Of a stretch of 42,425 nucleotides of DNA, positions 27,791 through 37,171 are shown piece after piece; within the stretch, counting starts at the first letter, position 1; every line of letters starts with the position of its first letter. This stretch comes from Candidatus Nanoarchaeia archaeon (GTDB taxonomy: Archaea > Nanobdellota > Nanobdellia > Pacearchaeales > GW2011-AR1). The DNA lies in the NCBI GenBank assembly GCA_041501125.1, contig JBGQNO010000005.1, positions 1-42,425 of the forward strand. Reading direction: 5' to 3'. The notes under the pieces are model-generated. The model did not search any database. It was not told where the DNA came from and worked only from the letters and a program-made list of their open reading frames with translations. Both the position numbers and the translations under genes were made by a program.

Positions 27791-28090
27791 CTACAAAAGA
27801 ATCAGTGCAAACGGAATTCCCTTGACACTCCTTACTCCTGTCTCGTCAACTATTCCTGCCTTCAATGCAGCATCTATGGATTTCTTGCCTACAATGTTAA
27901 AAGTAGCATCGCACTCGCTTGAAAATTCTCTCAGTGTCTCTATCAGCTTTGCTTCAGAAATTTCCTCTCCCTTGAAAAAACTCTCGCGCACATCAAGAAG
28001 CTTATTTCCCTCTTCAAATGTTTTTCCAAGAAGATTCTTGTCGCACACAGCAACAATTTCCCTGTATGCCTTGTGAATTTTAATCAACAT
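27791..28090 (-). CDS. DUF424 family protein
   Basis: IVAVCD..LLGK.F.EG, FFKG, NIVG. Confidence 0.88.
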   Translation of the reverse strand: MLIKIHKAYREIVAVCDKNLLGKTFEEGNKLLDVRESFFKGEEISEAKLIETLREFSSECDATFNIVGKKSIDAALKAGIVDETGVRSVKGIPFALILL

Positions 28091-28126
28091 AAAATGCCAA
28101 ATCCAAAACCCTTTTTAAATTTAACT

Positions 28127-28597
28127 TTAATCCACACTGTCTGCCGATATTGAAGCACATTCAGGACAGCTTGTCCAAACTTGCCTGTCCTTTATTGCCA
28201 TTTCTCTGGACTGCATGCAGTATTTGCAAAATCCGTTAAATCTAAGCGCCTCGTTCTCGGAAGCAAAGACTGCATAAAAATCTGCTTTGCTAATTAATTC
28301 ACTCGCCTTGTCAGAAATTTCCGATAATTCAAGATATGACAATAATTTAGCAGGTGGAAGATTTTGTATAAATCCCTGCATCTCAACCTCGAGTCTCTTG
28401 ACATCCTGCTCAGAAGTCTTAAATCCAATTGTATACATTACTGGAGCATCATGCAAAAGACAATTATGAATCAGCAAGTCATGATTTATTCTGTAATTTC
28501 CAGGATTGCAGAATACACTCTCATCACATCCTTGGCACTCTTCATTCAAAACCCTAAAAGCATCATCAATTGAATTTAATGTCTTTATCTCCCCCAT
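28127..28597 (-). CDS. Hypothetical protein with CxxC pairs
   Basis: CQGC, CKYC, CPEC; own TATA-like box. Confidence 0.65.
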   Translation of the reverse strand: MGEIKTLNSIDDAFRVLNEECQGCDESVFCNPGNYRINHDLLIHNCLLHDAPVMYTIGFKTSEQDVKRLEVEMQGFIQNLPPAKLLSYLELSEISDKASELISKADFYAVFASENEALRFNGFCKYCMQSREMAIKDRQVWTSCPECASISADSVD

Positions 28598-28649
28598 TTT
28601 CAATCTAAAGAAAAACTATTTTTAAAATTACTTATATTAAAGAACACAT

Positions 28650-29207
28650 TTACTTTCCTTGTCTTCCCCATGCTCTGAGGCTTGGCCTGACTTTCATCTC
28701 AGGACTTTTGTACATCAATCCTCTGGATTTCTTGGCAGCACTTGTAAGTCCTCTGAATGCTCTTCCCCTGTTTGTAGATTCAGCTATCCATTTCATTCCA
28801 GGATCATTTGTTATCTCTGGTCTTGAAGGATCTACCATTATTACCTCAAAGAAATAATGCTTGCCATCCTTTCCGACTTTGTAAGAATTTAACACTTCAA
28901 GGTTTGTGAATTTTCTTGCAGCTCGTTGTTCTGCAACCCACTGATAATTCATCTTAAGCACTTTTCTTGTTGATTGCCTAGCTGTTCTCCTGCCTTTGTT
29001 GATTTTTGGTCCCCATCTTCCACCTCTGTTCAATCGAATTCTGACAATAACAAATCCTTTCTTGTCCTTATAGCCAAGATTTCTTGCTCTTCCAATGTCA
29101 GTCGGCTTGTCAACCTTGAACGCGACTGTCTGGGTTCTCCACTCAATCAGCCTGCTCCTGAGATTATTCCTTATATTTTCCTTGATATACTGGTAAGCAT
29201 TTGTCAT
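28650..29207 (-). CDS. rpl15e: 50S ribosomal protein L15e
   Basis: AR.LGYK.K.G, LEVLNSY, RGRAFRGLTSA. Confidence 0.96.
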   Translation of the reverse strand: MTNAYQYIKENIRNNLRSRLIEWRTQTVAFKVDKPTDIGRARNLGYKDKKGFVIVRIRLNRGGRWGPKINKGRRTARQSTRKVLKMNYQWVAEQRAARKFTNLEVLNSYKVGKDGKHYFFEVIMVDPSRPEITNDPGMKWIAESTNRGRAFRGLTSAAKKSRGLMYKSPEMKVRPSLRAWGRQGK

Positions 29208-29248
29208 AGAAAACACTACAAAACTGGTTTTTTAAATGTTTTTAATAC

Positions 29249-30931
29249 TTAGAACTTGCATCCAGCACAGACTGCAACAGCATGTCCAACTTCACCAGAG
29301 TTAAAAAAGTGTATATATCTGACTCCAAACTCAGCATTTCTTGTATTTATGCCCGCACCAACACCAAACCCTGCTGTCACACTTGAATCAGGCTCATTTA
29401 CATTATATTCATCGCCGACTATGAATCTGGACTTAGAAAATAGGCCTTCTAAATCAGTTTCCACATATGTCCCTTGTTTTGGGAAATTTCTTCTTGCACC
29501 TACTCTTACAAGAAAATTTTTACTTTCTGCACTCCAGTCTGTACCATTCTCATTTCCATTTGCACTTGTCTTGAAAATTTCTGCACCAATATTTAATTCT
29601 GTATCTCTTTCATTAGTTACACCAGCACTTAATCCTGCTGTAATCGCTCCCTGACGATAAATATCTGAGCGAATAGGCATAATTACACCAACATTAGCTG
29701 AAACATACGCTTTTGATTTGTTTCTTGCAGTATTCTCTCTGCTTGGTTTATGGACATAAACAAAATTGTCTTTTTGTACTTGTTTTGATATTTGAGCGGG
29801 TATTTCAGGAATTATTTGCGCTGGAGTTTGAGTATGCTGAAAGAACTGGTTCCATAATCCTGCATAATTGCTTATTTTCTCCTGAATTTTTGTCTTTGCC
29901 AGAACATACATTGCTTCAAAAGTTTCTTTAGAAATTTCCTTGCGCATTTCTTTAGGAACAGCAGGGGCAGGTGCATAAATCTCCGGCAGAGGCATCTCTT
30001 GATTTACTGGCTGGTCAGCCTGTGCTGCTGGCATTGCAGGCTCTGGTTTTACTTCTGCAGGAACAGGAAGGACATTTTTATTATAATCTTCTACTGCCTC
30101 ATTAACAGGATTCTGTGCAGTAATATTTTCAGGAACAATTGTCTTTTCAACATAATGAGTTTCAGTCTCTGAAACTTTTTTTTCAAGTCCAGGCTCTCTT
30201 GTAAGGAGCCAGATACCGCCCGCCAATAACAAAGCACCAAGTCCTCCGATAGCTGCCTTTTCGGCTGTTTTTTTATTCAGATATTTTCTTACAACAGGTC
30301 CTTCTTTCCTTGTTGCCTCAACAGTGACTTTTGGAGATTCTGTTAATGCAATATACTGGCTTAATTCATTTTCTGTTACACCTTTAACAATTTTTCTGCC
30401 GTTTTCTTCTGTCTGTGGCTTTCTCAATTCAATCTCTCTAACTGCCTTGGAAACAATCTGTTCCCTGACTAGGAGCCATTCATCTTCAGGTAAATTATAT
30501 TGCTTTAACCATAAAGATGCATTATATGTTTGGTCTACTTCTCCTGCAACACCAACATAGTCTAATACAGGCAAATATCCTACCACTGGAACCTCGGGAA
30601 TATCTTTTATCTCTATATTTGGTTCTGCAGAACCTAATCCTAATTCAGACGCTCTTATAATAAACCTGTCACAGAAAAATTTCATATAATCGTCTTTGCT
30701 ACGGAGATCAAGTGATTTATGACAAGTAAAATCTTCAATAATTGCTTGATGTATCTTCTTTTCTAATGAAGGATCAATATTTACAGACATATCCTCCAAC
30801 TGTTGCAGAAGTTTTAATAGCTCTACTTTTTCCGGCGGAATTTGCTCTCCGCTTATCATTGCTGCCTTAATTTCCTTTAGGTTTTCTTCAATATCCGCCT
30901 TACTAAAAGGTAATTGTAGTTCTTCTCTCAT
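29249..30931 (-). CDS. Single-pass membrane protein with C-terminal outer-membrane-type beta-barrel-like domain
   Basis: TM AAIGGLGALLLAGGIWLL, Pro/Glu-rich linker, eight alternating beta strands ending AGCKF. Confidence 0.65.
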   Translation of the reverse strand: MREELQLPFSKADIEENLKEIKAAMISGEQIPPEKVELLKLLQQLEDMSVNIDPSLEKKIHQAIIEDFTCHKSLDLRSKDDYMKFFCDRFIIRASELGLGSAEPNIEIKDIPEVPVVGYLPVLDYVGVAGEVDQTYNASLWLKQYNLPEDEWLLVREQIVSKAVREIELRKPQTEENGRKIVKGVTENELSQYIALTESPKVTVEATRKEGPVVRKYLNKKTAEKAAIGGLGALLLAGGIWLLTREPGLEKKVSETETHYVEKTIVPENITAQNPVNEAVEDYNKNVLPVPAEVKPEPAMPAAQADQPVNQEMPLPEIYAPAPAVPKEMRKEISKETFEAMYVLAKTKIQEKISNYAGLWNQFFQHTQTPAQIIPEIPAQISKQVQKDNFVYVHKPSRENTARNKSKAYVSANVGVIMPIRSDIYRQGAITAGLSAGVTNERDTELNIGAEIFKTSANGNENGTDWSAESKNFLVRVGARRNFPKQGTYVETDLEGLFSKSRFIVGDEYNVNEPDSSVTAGFGVGAGINTRNAEFGVRYIHFFNSGEVGHAVAVCAGCKF

Positions 30932-30975
30932 CTTACATTTCAAACAGCTAAAACACTATTTAAAGTTTTCTAATA

Positions 30976-30994
30976 GTAACTACTTAATAGTTAT
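30976..30994 (-). promoter_or_regulatory. 19-bp pseudo-palindromic site 11 bp upstream of TATA (30957-30964)
   Basis: Minus strand ATAACT-ATTAAGT-AGTTAC-tattagaaaac-TTTAAATA. Confidence 0.65.
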
Positions 30995-31045
30995 ATCAGA
31001 ATAGATAGATTAAAAACTGCTGGCATTGAAAGACTCAATTCAAAA

Positions 31046-31996
31046 TTATGCTTCTACTTCTTTTGCCTTTATTTCGCAAACCGAACCATCTTCTGCAATC
31101 ACGTAAGGCTTGGCAGAAATATTCTCAGCATTTTTGTAGTCTATTTCAACAAAACTTCCTTTAGAAGGCGAATCTGGATATTCTCCCAGGTTTCCTGCAT
31201 TTACAACAAGTGTTCTCAAGCCATTTGGTCTAATTGCTCCGGCAGCTCCATGAACATGCCCGCATAACAATAAATCAGATGATTCGTCAGGATTTCTTAT
31301 ATAAGCAAAATTTGCCCAGCTTCCATAATGCTTCCTGCTCTCGCCCTTGTCCAGTATTCCAATAGGAGGCACATGAGTAACCGCTACTTCAGGAACTTGA
31401 TCAACTAAAGTATTGTACATTTCAATGTCTGAATAAGGAATCTTTTTTGTAGGAGGCAAAGTTGTAGGAATATCTAAACCACTGCCATAACCTATAAACT
31501 CAATCCCATCTATTTCCCTCGGAACTTCATGAATATTATACTTTCCAAAATAATCAAAATACGCCTTTGAATCCCAGTTTCCTGGTATTGTAAAAATAGT
31601 TTGTGGGAATTGTGAGAATACATTTGCTAAAGCTCTATATTGTGCCTCTGCATTCTTATTAAATTCTTGCTCAGAACCGGTATAATCCTCGATCGCTTTT
31701 TTAATACTTTCTGGAGTATTGATACCTTCTGGAGTATTATAAGATGCTTTAATTTTTTCTAAAACTTCTTTAAATTCTGTGACATTTTGCATTTTTCTTC
31801 CATCTGCCGTAACATTGTCTGTTATAAGATTAAAAGAATATCTCATTACCTTAGCTTGTTTTTCTGCCAGACACTGTCCCAATAAATCACCAGAACATAC
31901 AAGCACTTCCAGGTCTTTTCTTTCCTCACAAAATTTTCTTACAGTATTCAGCGCATTCAAGTCGCCATGAATATCAGAAATATGCAGTATTTTCAT
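31046..31996 (-). CDS. Calcineurin-like metallophosphoesterase
   Basis: SDIHG, SGDL, PGNWD, THVPP, CGHVH; GAGGTGA Shine-Dalgarno. Confidence 0.88.
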   Translation of the reverse strand: MKILHISDIHGDLNALNTVRKFCEERKDLEVLVCSGDLLGQCLAEKQAKVMRYSFNLITDNVTADGRKMQNVTEFKEVLEKIKASYNTPEGINTPESIKKAIEDYTGSEQEFNKNAEAQYRALANVFSQFPQTIFTIPGNWDSKAYFDYFGKYNIHEVPREIDGIEFIGYGSGLDIPTTLPPTKKIPYSDIEMYNTLVDQVPEVAVTHVPPIGILDKGESRKHYGSWANFAYIRNPDESSDLLLCGHVHGAAGAIRPNGLRTLVVNAGNLGEYPDSPSKGSFVEIDYKNAENISAKPYVIAEDGSVCEIKAKEVEA

Positions 31997-32004
31997 TTGT
32001 CACC

Positions 32005-32208
32005 TCATTCAGCAGAACTCTCCGCATCTGCTAGTCTGGCATCTCTATCTCTTTCAGGAACTTGTGTTATCTGTTCATAAAGGGCAATTACTTGTGTGTC
32101 AGTATTAAGCAATTTTCCAAGAGTTGTTAATTTATTCCTCTGTACTGACATCTCTTCGAATGGTGCTGTTCTACTCCTGTTTCTTGGCAGGTATGTTTGG
32201 TTTGTCAT
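32005..32208 (-). CDS. Small hypothetical protein, first gene of a two-gene operon
   Basis: ATG 21 bp after TTTATAAA; its stop overlaps the SD of the next gene. Confidence 0.6.
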   Translation of the reverse strand: MTNQTYLPRNRSRTAPFEEMSVQRNKLTTLGKLLNTDTQVIALYEQITQVPERDRDARLADAESSAE

Positions 32209-32248
32209 ACCTTGCCTAGAATTTTAAGCTTTATAAACCTTGCTATTT

Positions 32249-32267
32249 GTACCTACTTGTAAGTGAC
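32249..32267 (-). promoter_or_regulatory. 19-bp pseudo-palindromic site 11 bp upstream of TATA (32230-32237)
   Basis: Minus strand GTCACT-TACAAGT-AGGTAC-aaatagcaagg-TTTATAAA. Confidence 0.65.
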
Positions 32268-32350
32268 ACAGAACAGGTTGTTTTTGCAGTATTTACAAGA
32301 AAGGAAAGTTGTAGGTAATTTTATAAACAATTTCTTTGTTGCTTAGTTAC

Positions 32351-32424
32351 GAGCCTGTAGCGCAGCCCGGTAGCGCACTGCTCTGATAAGGCAGGGGTCC
32401 CAAGTTCAAATCTTGGCAGGCTCA
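32351..32424 (+). tRNA. tRNA-Ile(GAT)
   Basis: Acceptor GAGCCTG/CAGGCTC, anticodon arm CTGCT-CT-GAT-AA-GGCAG; TTTATAAA upstream. Confidence 0.95.
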
Positions 32425-32514
32425 TTTTAAGTTTTGATGTCAGAATAGTCACACAACAATTGCCCTAGCGTCAGAAATAGTTTTTCTATTAATGCTTCTT
32501 AAGTTCTCGTAGTT

Positions 32515-33138
32515 TTACGCCTTAAACTCAAGAACTAGTTTCTCTTTTGCAAGCTTGTAATTCAAAAGCTGCATGCCAAGGCTGATTGTTTTAAAATATG
32601 CTGTCTTGCTTGCAATTGCGCGGATTTCAATTCCAGTCTCAAGCTTATTTATCATCACATCTTTTGAATTTTTTACTCCTGGCATATCCAGTTCATAAAG
32701 TATTTTCTGGCTCAATCTCCTGACATTTGTCTTGGGCTCTTTTTTTGAAAGCTTGGAAAACTTTGCAAACTGCTCTTCTGAAAAAACAGGCAGCATCTTC
32801 TTCAAAGGCTCAACTTTTGAATTGCCTGAATTCGAAGAATTCATCTTAATCATTGGCTTGCCATCTCCAGAGATGCTTATGTTGATAGAACCCATGTCCT
32901 GAGGATTCATGTCTTTCATCTCCTTTGACATCTGTTTCATAAGATTATTTATTATGCCTGAAAAATTAAATGGCAAGCCTGCTCCCGCTCCCATTGCAGG
33001 TTCTGAGTTGTCATCTACCCCAAGCATCCCAAAATCCCGCGTTTCATTTTCCTTTACAATGTTGCATCCGCACCACGGACAGAATGTAAAATCTTTTTCA
33101 ACATTCTTGCCACATCTCGGACATTTCTTGTTAAACAT
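32515..33138 (-). CDS. Zinc-ribbon + Hsp20-like domain protein
   Basis: CPRC...FCPWC at N-terminus; EP.T.V...YELDMPGV...DV.I alpha-crystallin-like C-terminus. Confidence 0.75.
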   Translation of the reverse strand: MFNKKCPRCGKNVEKDFTFCPWCGCNIVKENETRDFGMLGVDDNSEPAMGAGAGLPFNFSGIINNLMKQMSKEMKDMNPQDMGSINISISGDGKPMIKMNSSNSGNSKVEPLKKMLPVFSEEQFAKFSKLSKKEPKTNVRRLSQKILYELDMPGVKNSKDVMINKLETGIEIRAIASKTAYFKTISLGMQLLNYKLAKEKLVLEFKA

Positions 33139-33219
33139 ACATCTGCCTAGAAAACCAATTTTAAAAATTCTCCTATAAGCAGAATTTTTAAGCCACAAAA
33201 ATCTGCAGATTTTTGATGT

Positions 33220-34647
33220 TTAAAAACTTATTTCTTTTCGCAATTTCCTGAAACCCTTGGAAATAAACCTGTTGCTGATAAAAAGAAGGTTGTGCGTCCT
33301 TTCTATTGGATTAATGTATCTCAAGAACATCTTTGAGATATCCGCATTCTTTACCTTTTTCACCTCATCAATATGCGGAAGGAATATTAATGCAACAGCT
33401 AATCTCAAGACTCCTGTGATTGCAAATAGTATCAAAAGTTTGCTGAACTGGAATTCAGGAAGATATTGCGCAAGCAGGCCTCCAATTATAGCACCTATAA
33501 AACTCAAAGCGCCAACAAGAATATTATGGTATGAAAGGCATAAAGCTCTTTTTGGCTTTGAAACAACATCATAGATAAAATTACTTGAAGCAAGTCCAAG
33601 TGCAGCCCAGCCTGCTCCTGACAGCATCTGTGGAACAAGGGCAAGATAAATAGGAGAATTATGGAAAATCCAGAAGAATGGCATTGCTGAAACCATAATT
33701 GCACCAATAGCCATCAATTTCTTATTTCCGCATATATCAGAAATCTTGCCCCAGAGCGGCCACGAAAGCAACGAAAATACCGAGGTTGAAAGAACAACAA
33801 CCATGTAGCTTATGTAACTAAAACCAAGATATCTCAGCATATAAACATCAAAGAACGAGCCTCCAATTGAAACAGCAAAATAAAACATTGAGTAGAACAA
33901 AGAAAACCTTGAGAAATTATGCTGCCATATCTCTCTCAAGAATGATCCAAAGCTGAAGTAATAGTCCTTTGTAGTTTTGAATTTAGGATCATAGTATTTT
34001 GAAAGCATTGAAGCTGATATCAGCCTGAAAATTCCTGCAATGAAGAATATAAGCGAGAATCCAATCAAAACCATTCCATGAGTTTTGAAATAATCAAGCA
34101 TGAATGCGCTTGCGACAAATGTCACAAGAACTATAAAGTCTGTAACTCTGTTTCTTTTTCCAAAATATCTTCCTCTGTGGTCATCAGGCACAATGTCGCC
34201 CATCATCGAGAACCATGCCGGACCTGCGACAGCTCCAAAAGTAGCAAGCAAAGTATAGAAAACAATCAAAAGATAAGGCAAGTAAGAAACAAAAAGATTT
34301 CTCCAGAAAAGCCATGCAAGTAATAACATTGGAAACCACATCAAAGCCTGCAACGTGACAAAAGTAGTGATAAGCTTTTTGCGGTTCCAGGTTTCCATCA
34401 TCCTTGAGCCCTTATACTGAAAAATTGGTGGAAGAAGGCTCGCGATGCTGTTGAAAATTCCTATCTGAAGATTATTGAAGCCAAGAGCAATCGCGTAAGG
34501 AGTTATAAAATAAGAGCCTGTTCCTGTCATGACGCTTGATACAGCGCCCTCTTTGATTGACAAAGACATTGTTTTCTTCTTGTTCAGGATATCAAGCTGC
34601 TCCTCTTCATCCTCGTCATCACTAGTCTTCTTTCCTCTTTTCACCAT
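33220..34647 (-). CDS. MFS transporter
   Basis: ~12 TM, MGDIVP...RGRYFG, WGKISD..G.K. Confidence 0.9.
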   Translation of the reverse strand: MVKRGKKTSDDEDEEEQLDILNKKKTMSLSIKEGAVSSVMTGTGSYFITPYAIALGFNNLQIGIFNSIASLLPPIFQYKGSRMMETWNRKKLITTFVTLQALMWFPMLLLAWLFWRNLFVSYLPYLLIVFYTLLATFGAVAGPAWFSMMGDIVPDDHRGRYFGKRNRVTDFIVLVTFVASAFMLDYFKTHGMVLIGFSLIFFIAGIFRLISASMLSKYYDPKFKTTKDYYFSFGSFLREIWQHNFSRFSLFYSMFYFAVSIGGSFFDVYMLRYLGFSYISYMVVVLSTSVFSLLSWPLWGKISDICGNKKLMAIGAIMVSAMPFFWIFHNSPIYLALVPQMLSGAGWAALGLASSNFIYDVVSKPKRALCLSYHNILVGALSFIGAIIGGLLAQYLPEFQFSKLLILFAITGVLRLAVALIFLPHIDEVKKVKNADISKMFLRYINPIERTHNLLFISNRFISKGFRKLRKEISF

Positions 34648-34683
34648 TGATAAGCCAAGGCAGAACCAGTTTAAAAATCTTGA

Positions 34684-35628
34684 TTAGCCGGTTGCATCCA
34701 TCTGTCCTATTTGAGAAAACTCGTTCCATAAATCAAGTATATGCATTTTAATTTCCTTGACTTTGCGGTTAGGCAAGTTATGTATCTCAAATTCTATATT
34801 ATACTGTACTTTTGAACTGTCTATCGAAAGCTCATACAGTTTTGTGTCCTGATTTTGCAGATAAAACTTAAATGGATTGTAGTTTAATGCTTCTTTAAAA
34901 TCAGAATTATATGGCAAAAACTCATCAGCACCCATTATCCTTGGCAATACCCCAAGAAGCCTGACAAAATCGGTATCGGCACTTACTAAACTTGCCCTTT
35001 TTCCAGAATATAAAGAAAGGCAGTATAATGCGGTTACAAGTCTTTCATCAGTATCTGACATGTTTGACCTATCAATTTGTTTATTCTTGTTCAACTTCCT
35101 GTACTTTAGTGGCTTAAGTCCGATTGAAGAACTGATTTCTTTAGCCATTGTCAATAAAATATCTCTGCCCCTTAAATCAATACCAAGTCTATTGTTATCA
35201 TATAAATTTCTTAATTTTAACATACGGGAAGCTTCATAAGCTGTATCTTGCAGGTCAGTCAGATTACTTCTGACATTGTTTCTTACATCAATTTTTTTCC
35301 TTGGTTCAAACTTGCCTTTTGATTTCATCCAGGTTGGTTTGTTTGTACCTGCATCTGAAATATAAGATAGTTTATTGCCAAGAATCTCTGAGAATGTCTT
35401 AATTTCGTTGGCAACTTCCTCAATTGTCCAGACATTATCTCTGTTTAATAAACCCAAAGAACATTTGAAAGTAGCAAGCACATCATCAATCATTCCGTTG
35501 TTAATTTCAGAAAAATCTTTTGAGTCATACATATACTCGCAAAAACTGTGTTCGCATGTGCCTTCAACTATATTGCTATCTACTAAAACAATTTCTTCAT
35601 TGGCTATGATTTCATTCAAACTTGGCAT
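34684..35628 (-). CDS. PIN-like domain protein
   Basis: IVLVDSNIV, EV..E, SDTDERLV, LVSADTDF acidic motifs. Confidence 0.6.
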   Translation of the reverse strand: MPSLNEIIANEEIVLVDSNIVEGTCEHSFCEYMYDSKDFSEINNGMIDDVLATFKCSLGLLNRDNVWTIEEVANEIKTFSEILGNKLSYISDAGTNKPTWMKSKGKFEPRKKIDVRNNVRSNLTDLQDTAYEASRMLKLRNLYDNNRLGIDLRGRDILLTMAKEISSSIGLKPLKYRKLNKNKQIDRSNMSDTDERLVTALYCLSLYSGKRASLVSADTDFVRLLGVLPRIMGADEFLPYNSDFKEALNYNPFKFYLQNQDTKLYELSIDSSKVQYNIEFEIHNLPNRKVKEIKMHILDLWNEFSQIGQMDATG

Positions 35629-35659
35629 TTTATCAAGAATTCACGCTGTTTATAAATTA

Positions 35660-35730
35660 TGCGGCTTGCGGGAATTGAACCCGCACAGCCACCTTGGGAA
35701 GGTGGAATCATGCCATTAGACCAAAGCCGC
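35660..35730 (-). tRNA. tRNA-Gly(CCC)
   Basis: Acceptor GCGGCTT/AAGCCGC, anticodon arm CCACC-TT-CCC-AA-GGTGG. Confidence 0.95.
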
Positions 35731-35761
35731 TTCATAATCACAAAAATAAGAATTATTTAAA

Positions 35762-36469
35762 TCATTTCTTTGCGATTTTCCATGTCAGCTCAAAATACTT
35801 CTTGTAAGAATCTGCAATTTCAATATTCTTGATAACAATAGCAAGCGGTTCTTTTTTCCAGAGAATTATTGCAACCTTATCCTTGTAAATGTTTATTGCA
35901 AGCGGACTTGCATATTTCTGAGACAGATATCTTATCTCAGCAAGCGGGATTTTCTTTCCAAGCTTCTCTGATGCAATTATTCTTACCTTTATTCGTTTCT
36001 TTACCCTGTCAGTATCATACCACTTGAAATAAAAAGGCAGAACATCAAAAGCAGCATGTGAAGCTCCAAGAATAAGCACTTCTTTATTATCCTCAAGCTG
36101 GTCCTGAAAAACTGTCTTCAATCCCTCTCTTCCTTTGTAAAAATTTGTTTCCTGCTTTTCCTTTGTCTTTGTATAAAGCTGCTTCAATTCAGGCAAAGCC
36201 TCCTGGAATTCTATTTCCTTTTCTTTCATTGCATCAAGAAATCTTTCAGGATTCGCAGCTTCAAACAATCTTCTGTTGTTTTTCAGAATATATCCTATCA
36301 ATCCTTTTTTAATCAGCCTTTCAGTTATGTCATACACATTTCTTCGATGTATTCCTGTCTCTCTTGAAATCCTGCCAGCAAGGCTCGGCCCAAGTTTCAG
36401 CAAAGCCAAGTAAACTCGTGTTTCACTGTCAGTCAAGCCCATCTCCTTCAGCATGTCATGAACTGCCAT
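35762..36469 (-). CDS. TrmB family transcriptional regulator
   Basis: GLT..E.RVYLALL..G, GIHR.NVYD...RL..KGLI. Confidence 0.9.
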   Translation of the reverse strand: MAVHDMLKEMGLTDSETRVYLALLKLGPSLAGRISRETGIHRRNVYDITERLIKKGLIGYILKNNRRLFEAANPERFLDAMKEKEIEFQEALPELKQLYTKTKEKQETNFYKGREGLKTVFQDQLEDNKEVLILGASHAAFDVLPFYFKWYDTDRVKKRIKVRIIASEKLGKKIPLAEIRYLSQKYASPLAINIYKDKVAIILWKKEPLAIVIKNIEIADSYKKYFELTWKIAKK

Positions 36470-36592
36470 AAGATACAAAACAAGGCTGTATATTTAAGCT
36501 TTATCGTGGTAACCTTCATCACCTCATAAGTTAATTTACACACTCTGGCTAATATAATTAAGAAAATCAAATAAACAACGGAGTAAAACAAA

Positions 36593-37102
36593 ATGGAAGA
36601 AGAACTTGAAAGAAGGATAATAAGGCTGATAGCAACAGACAGGATAGAAGTTCCTATCTCAAGCATGTCAGGCAAGCTAAAAAGAAGAAAGCCAAAGGCG
36701 GCCAAGGACATACAATTGCCTGAAAGCAAGAAATATGTCGGAGAGCGAGTATATGCAAGAATTAGTCAGGAAGACGAGATGAAAGCAAGGACAATGTCAG
36801 ACGCTATATCTTGCTTTGCTGAAAAATATCCCACCCACGGAAAGATTCTAAACGGCATTATAGCTGAAAAACGTCTGCAGAAAGAGATGCATCTCTACTT
36901 TGGTATAAATGAAGGCTGCAGGCTTACAGCAGAAGACTATCTGGAAGTTATGAAAGACCTTGGCTTCGGCGAAGTAACAGCAAGAAGTCTTTACACCGAG
37001 TTAATAGAGGTCAGCAGAAACTTGTCAAAGAAGAGAGGAACGCCTGAAAGAAGCATCCTTATTGGCAAAGAATATGACGACTCAAAGGACAAGGACGAGT
37101 AA
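36593..37102 (+). CDS. Hypothetical protein
   Basis: 169-aa ORF with GGAG upstream. Confidence 0.7.
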   Translation: MEEELERRIIRLIATDRIEVPISSMSGKLKRRKPKAAKDIQLPESKKYVGERVYARISQEDEMKARTMSDAISCFAEKYPTHGKILNGIIAEKRLQKEMHLYFGINEGCRLTAEDYLEVMKDLGFGEVTARSLYTELIEVSRNLSKKRGTPERSILIGKEYDDSKDKDE

Positions 37103-37171
37103 GCCAAAACCAAACGATTATTTTTATTTTGTTTTAGTTAGTTTTTTATATTGATTTCTTTACATGTATGT

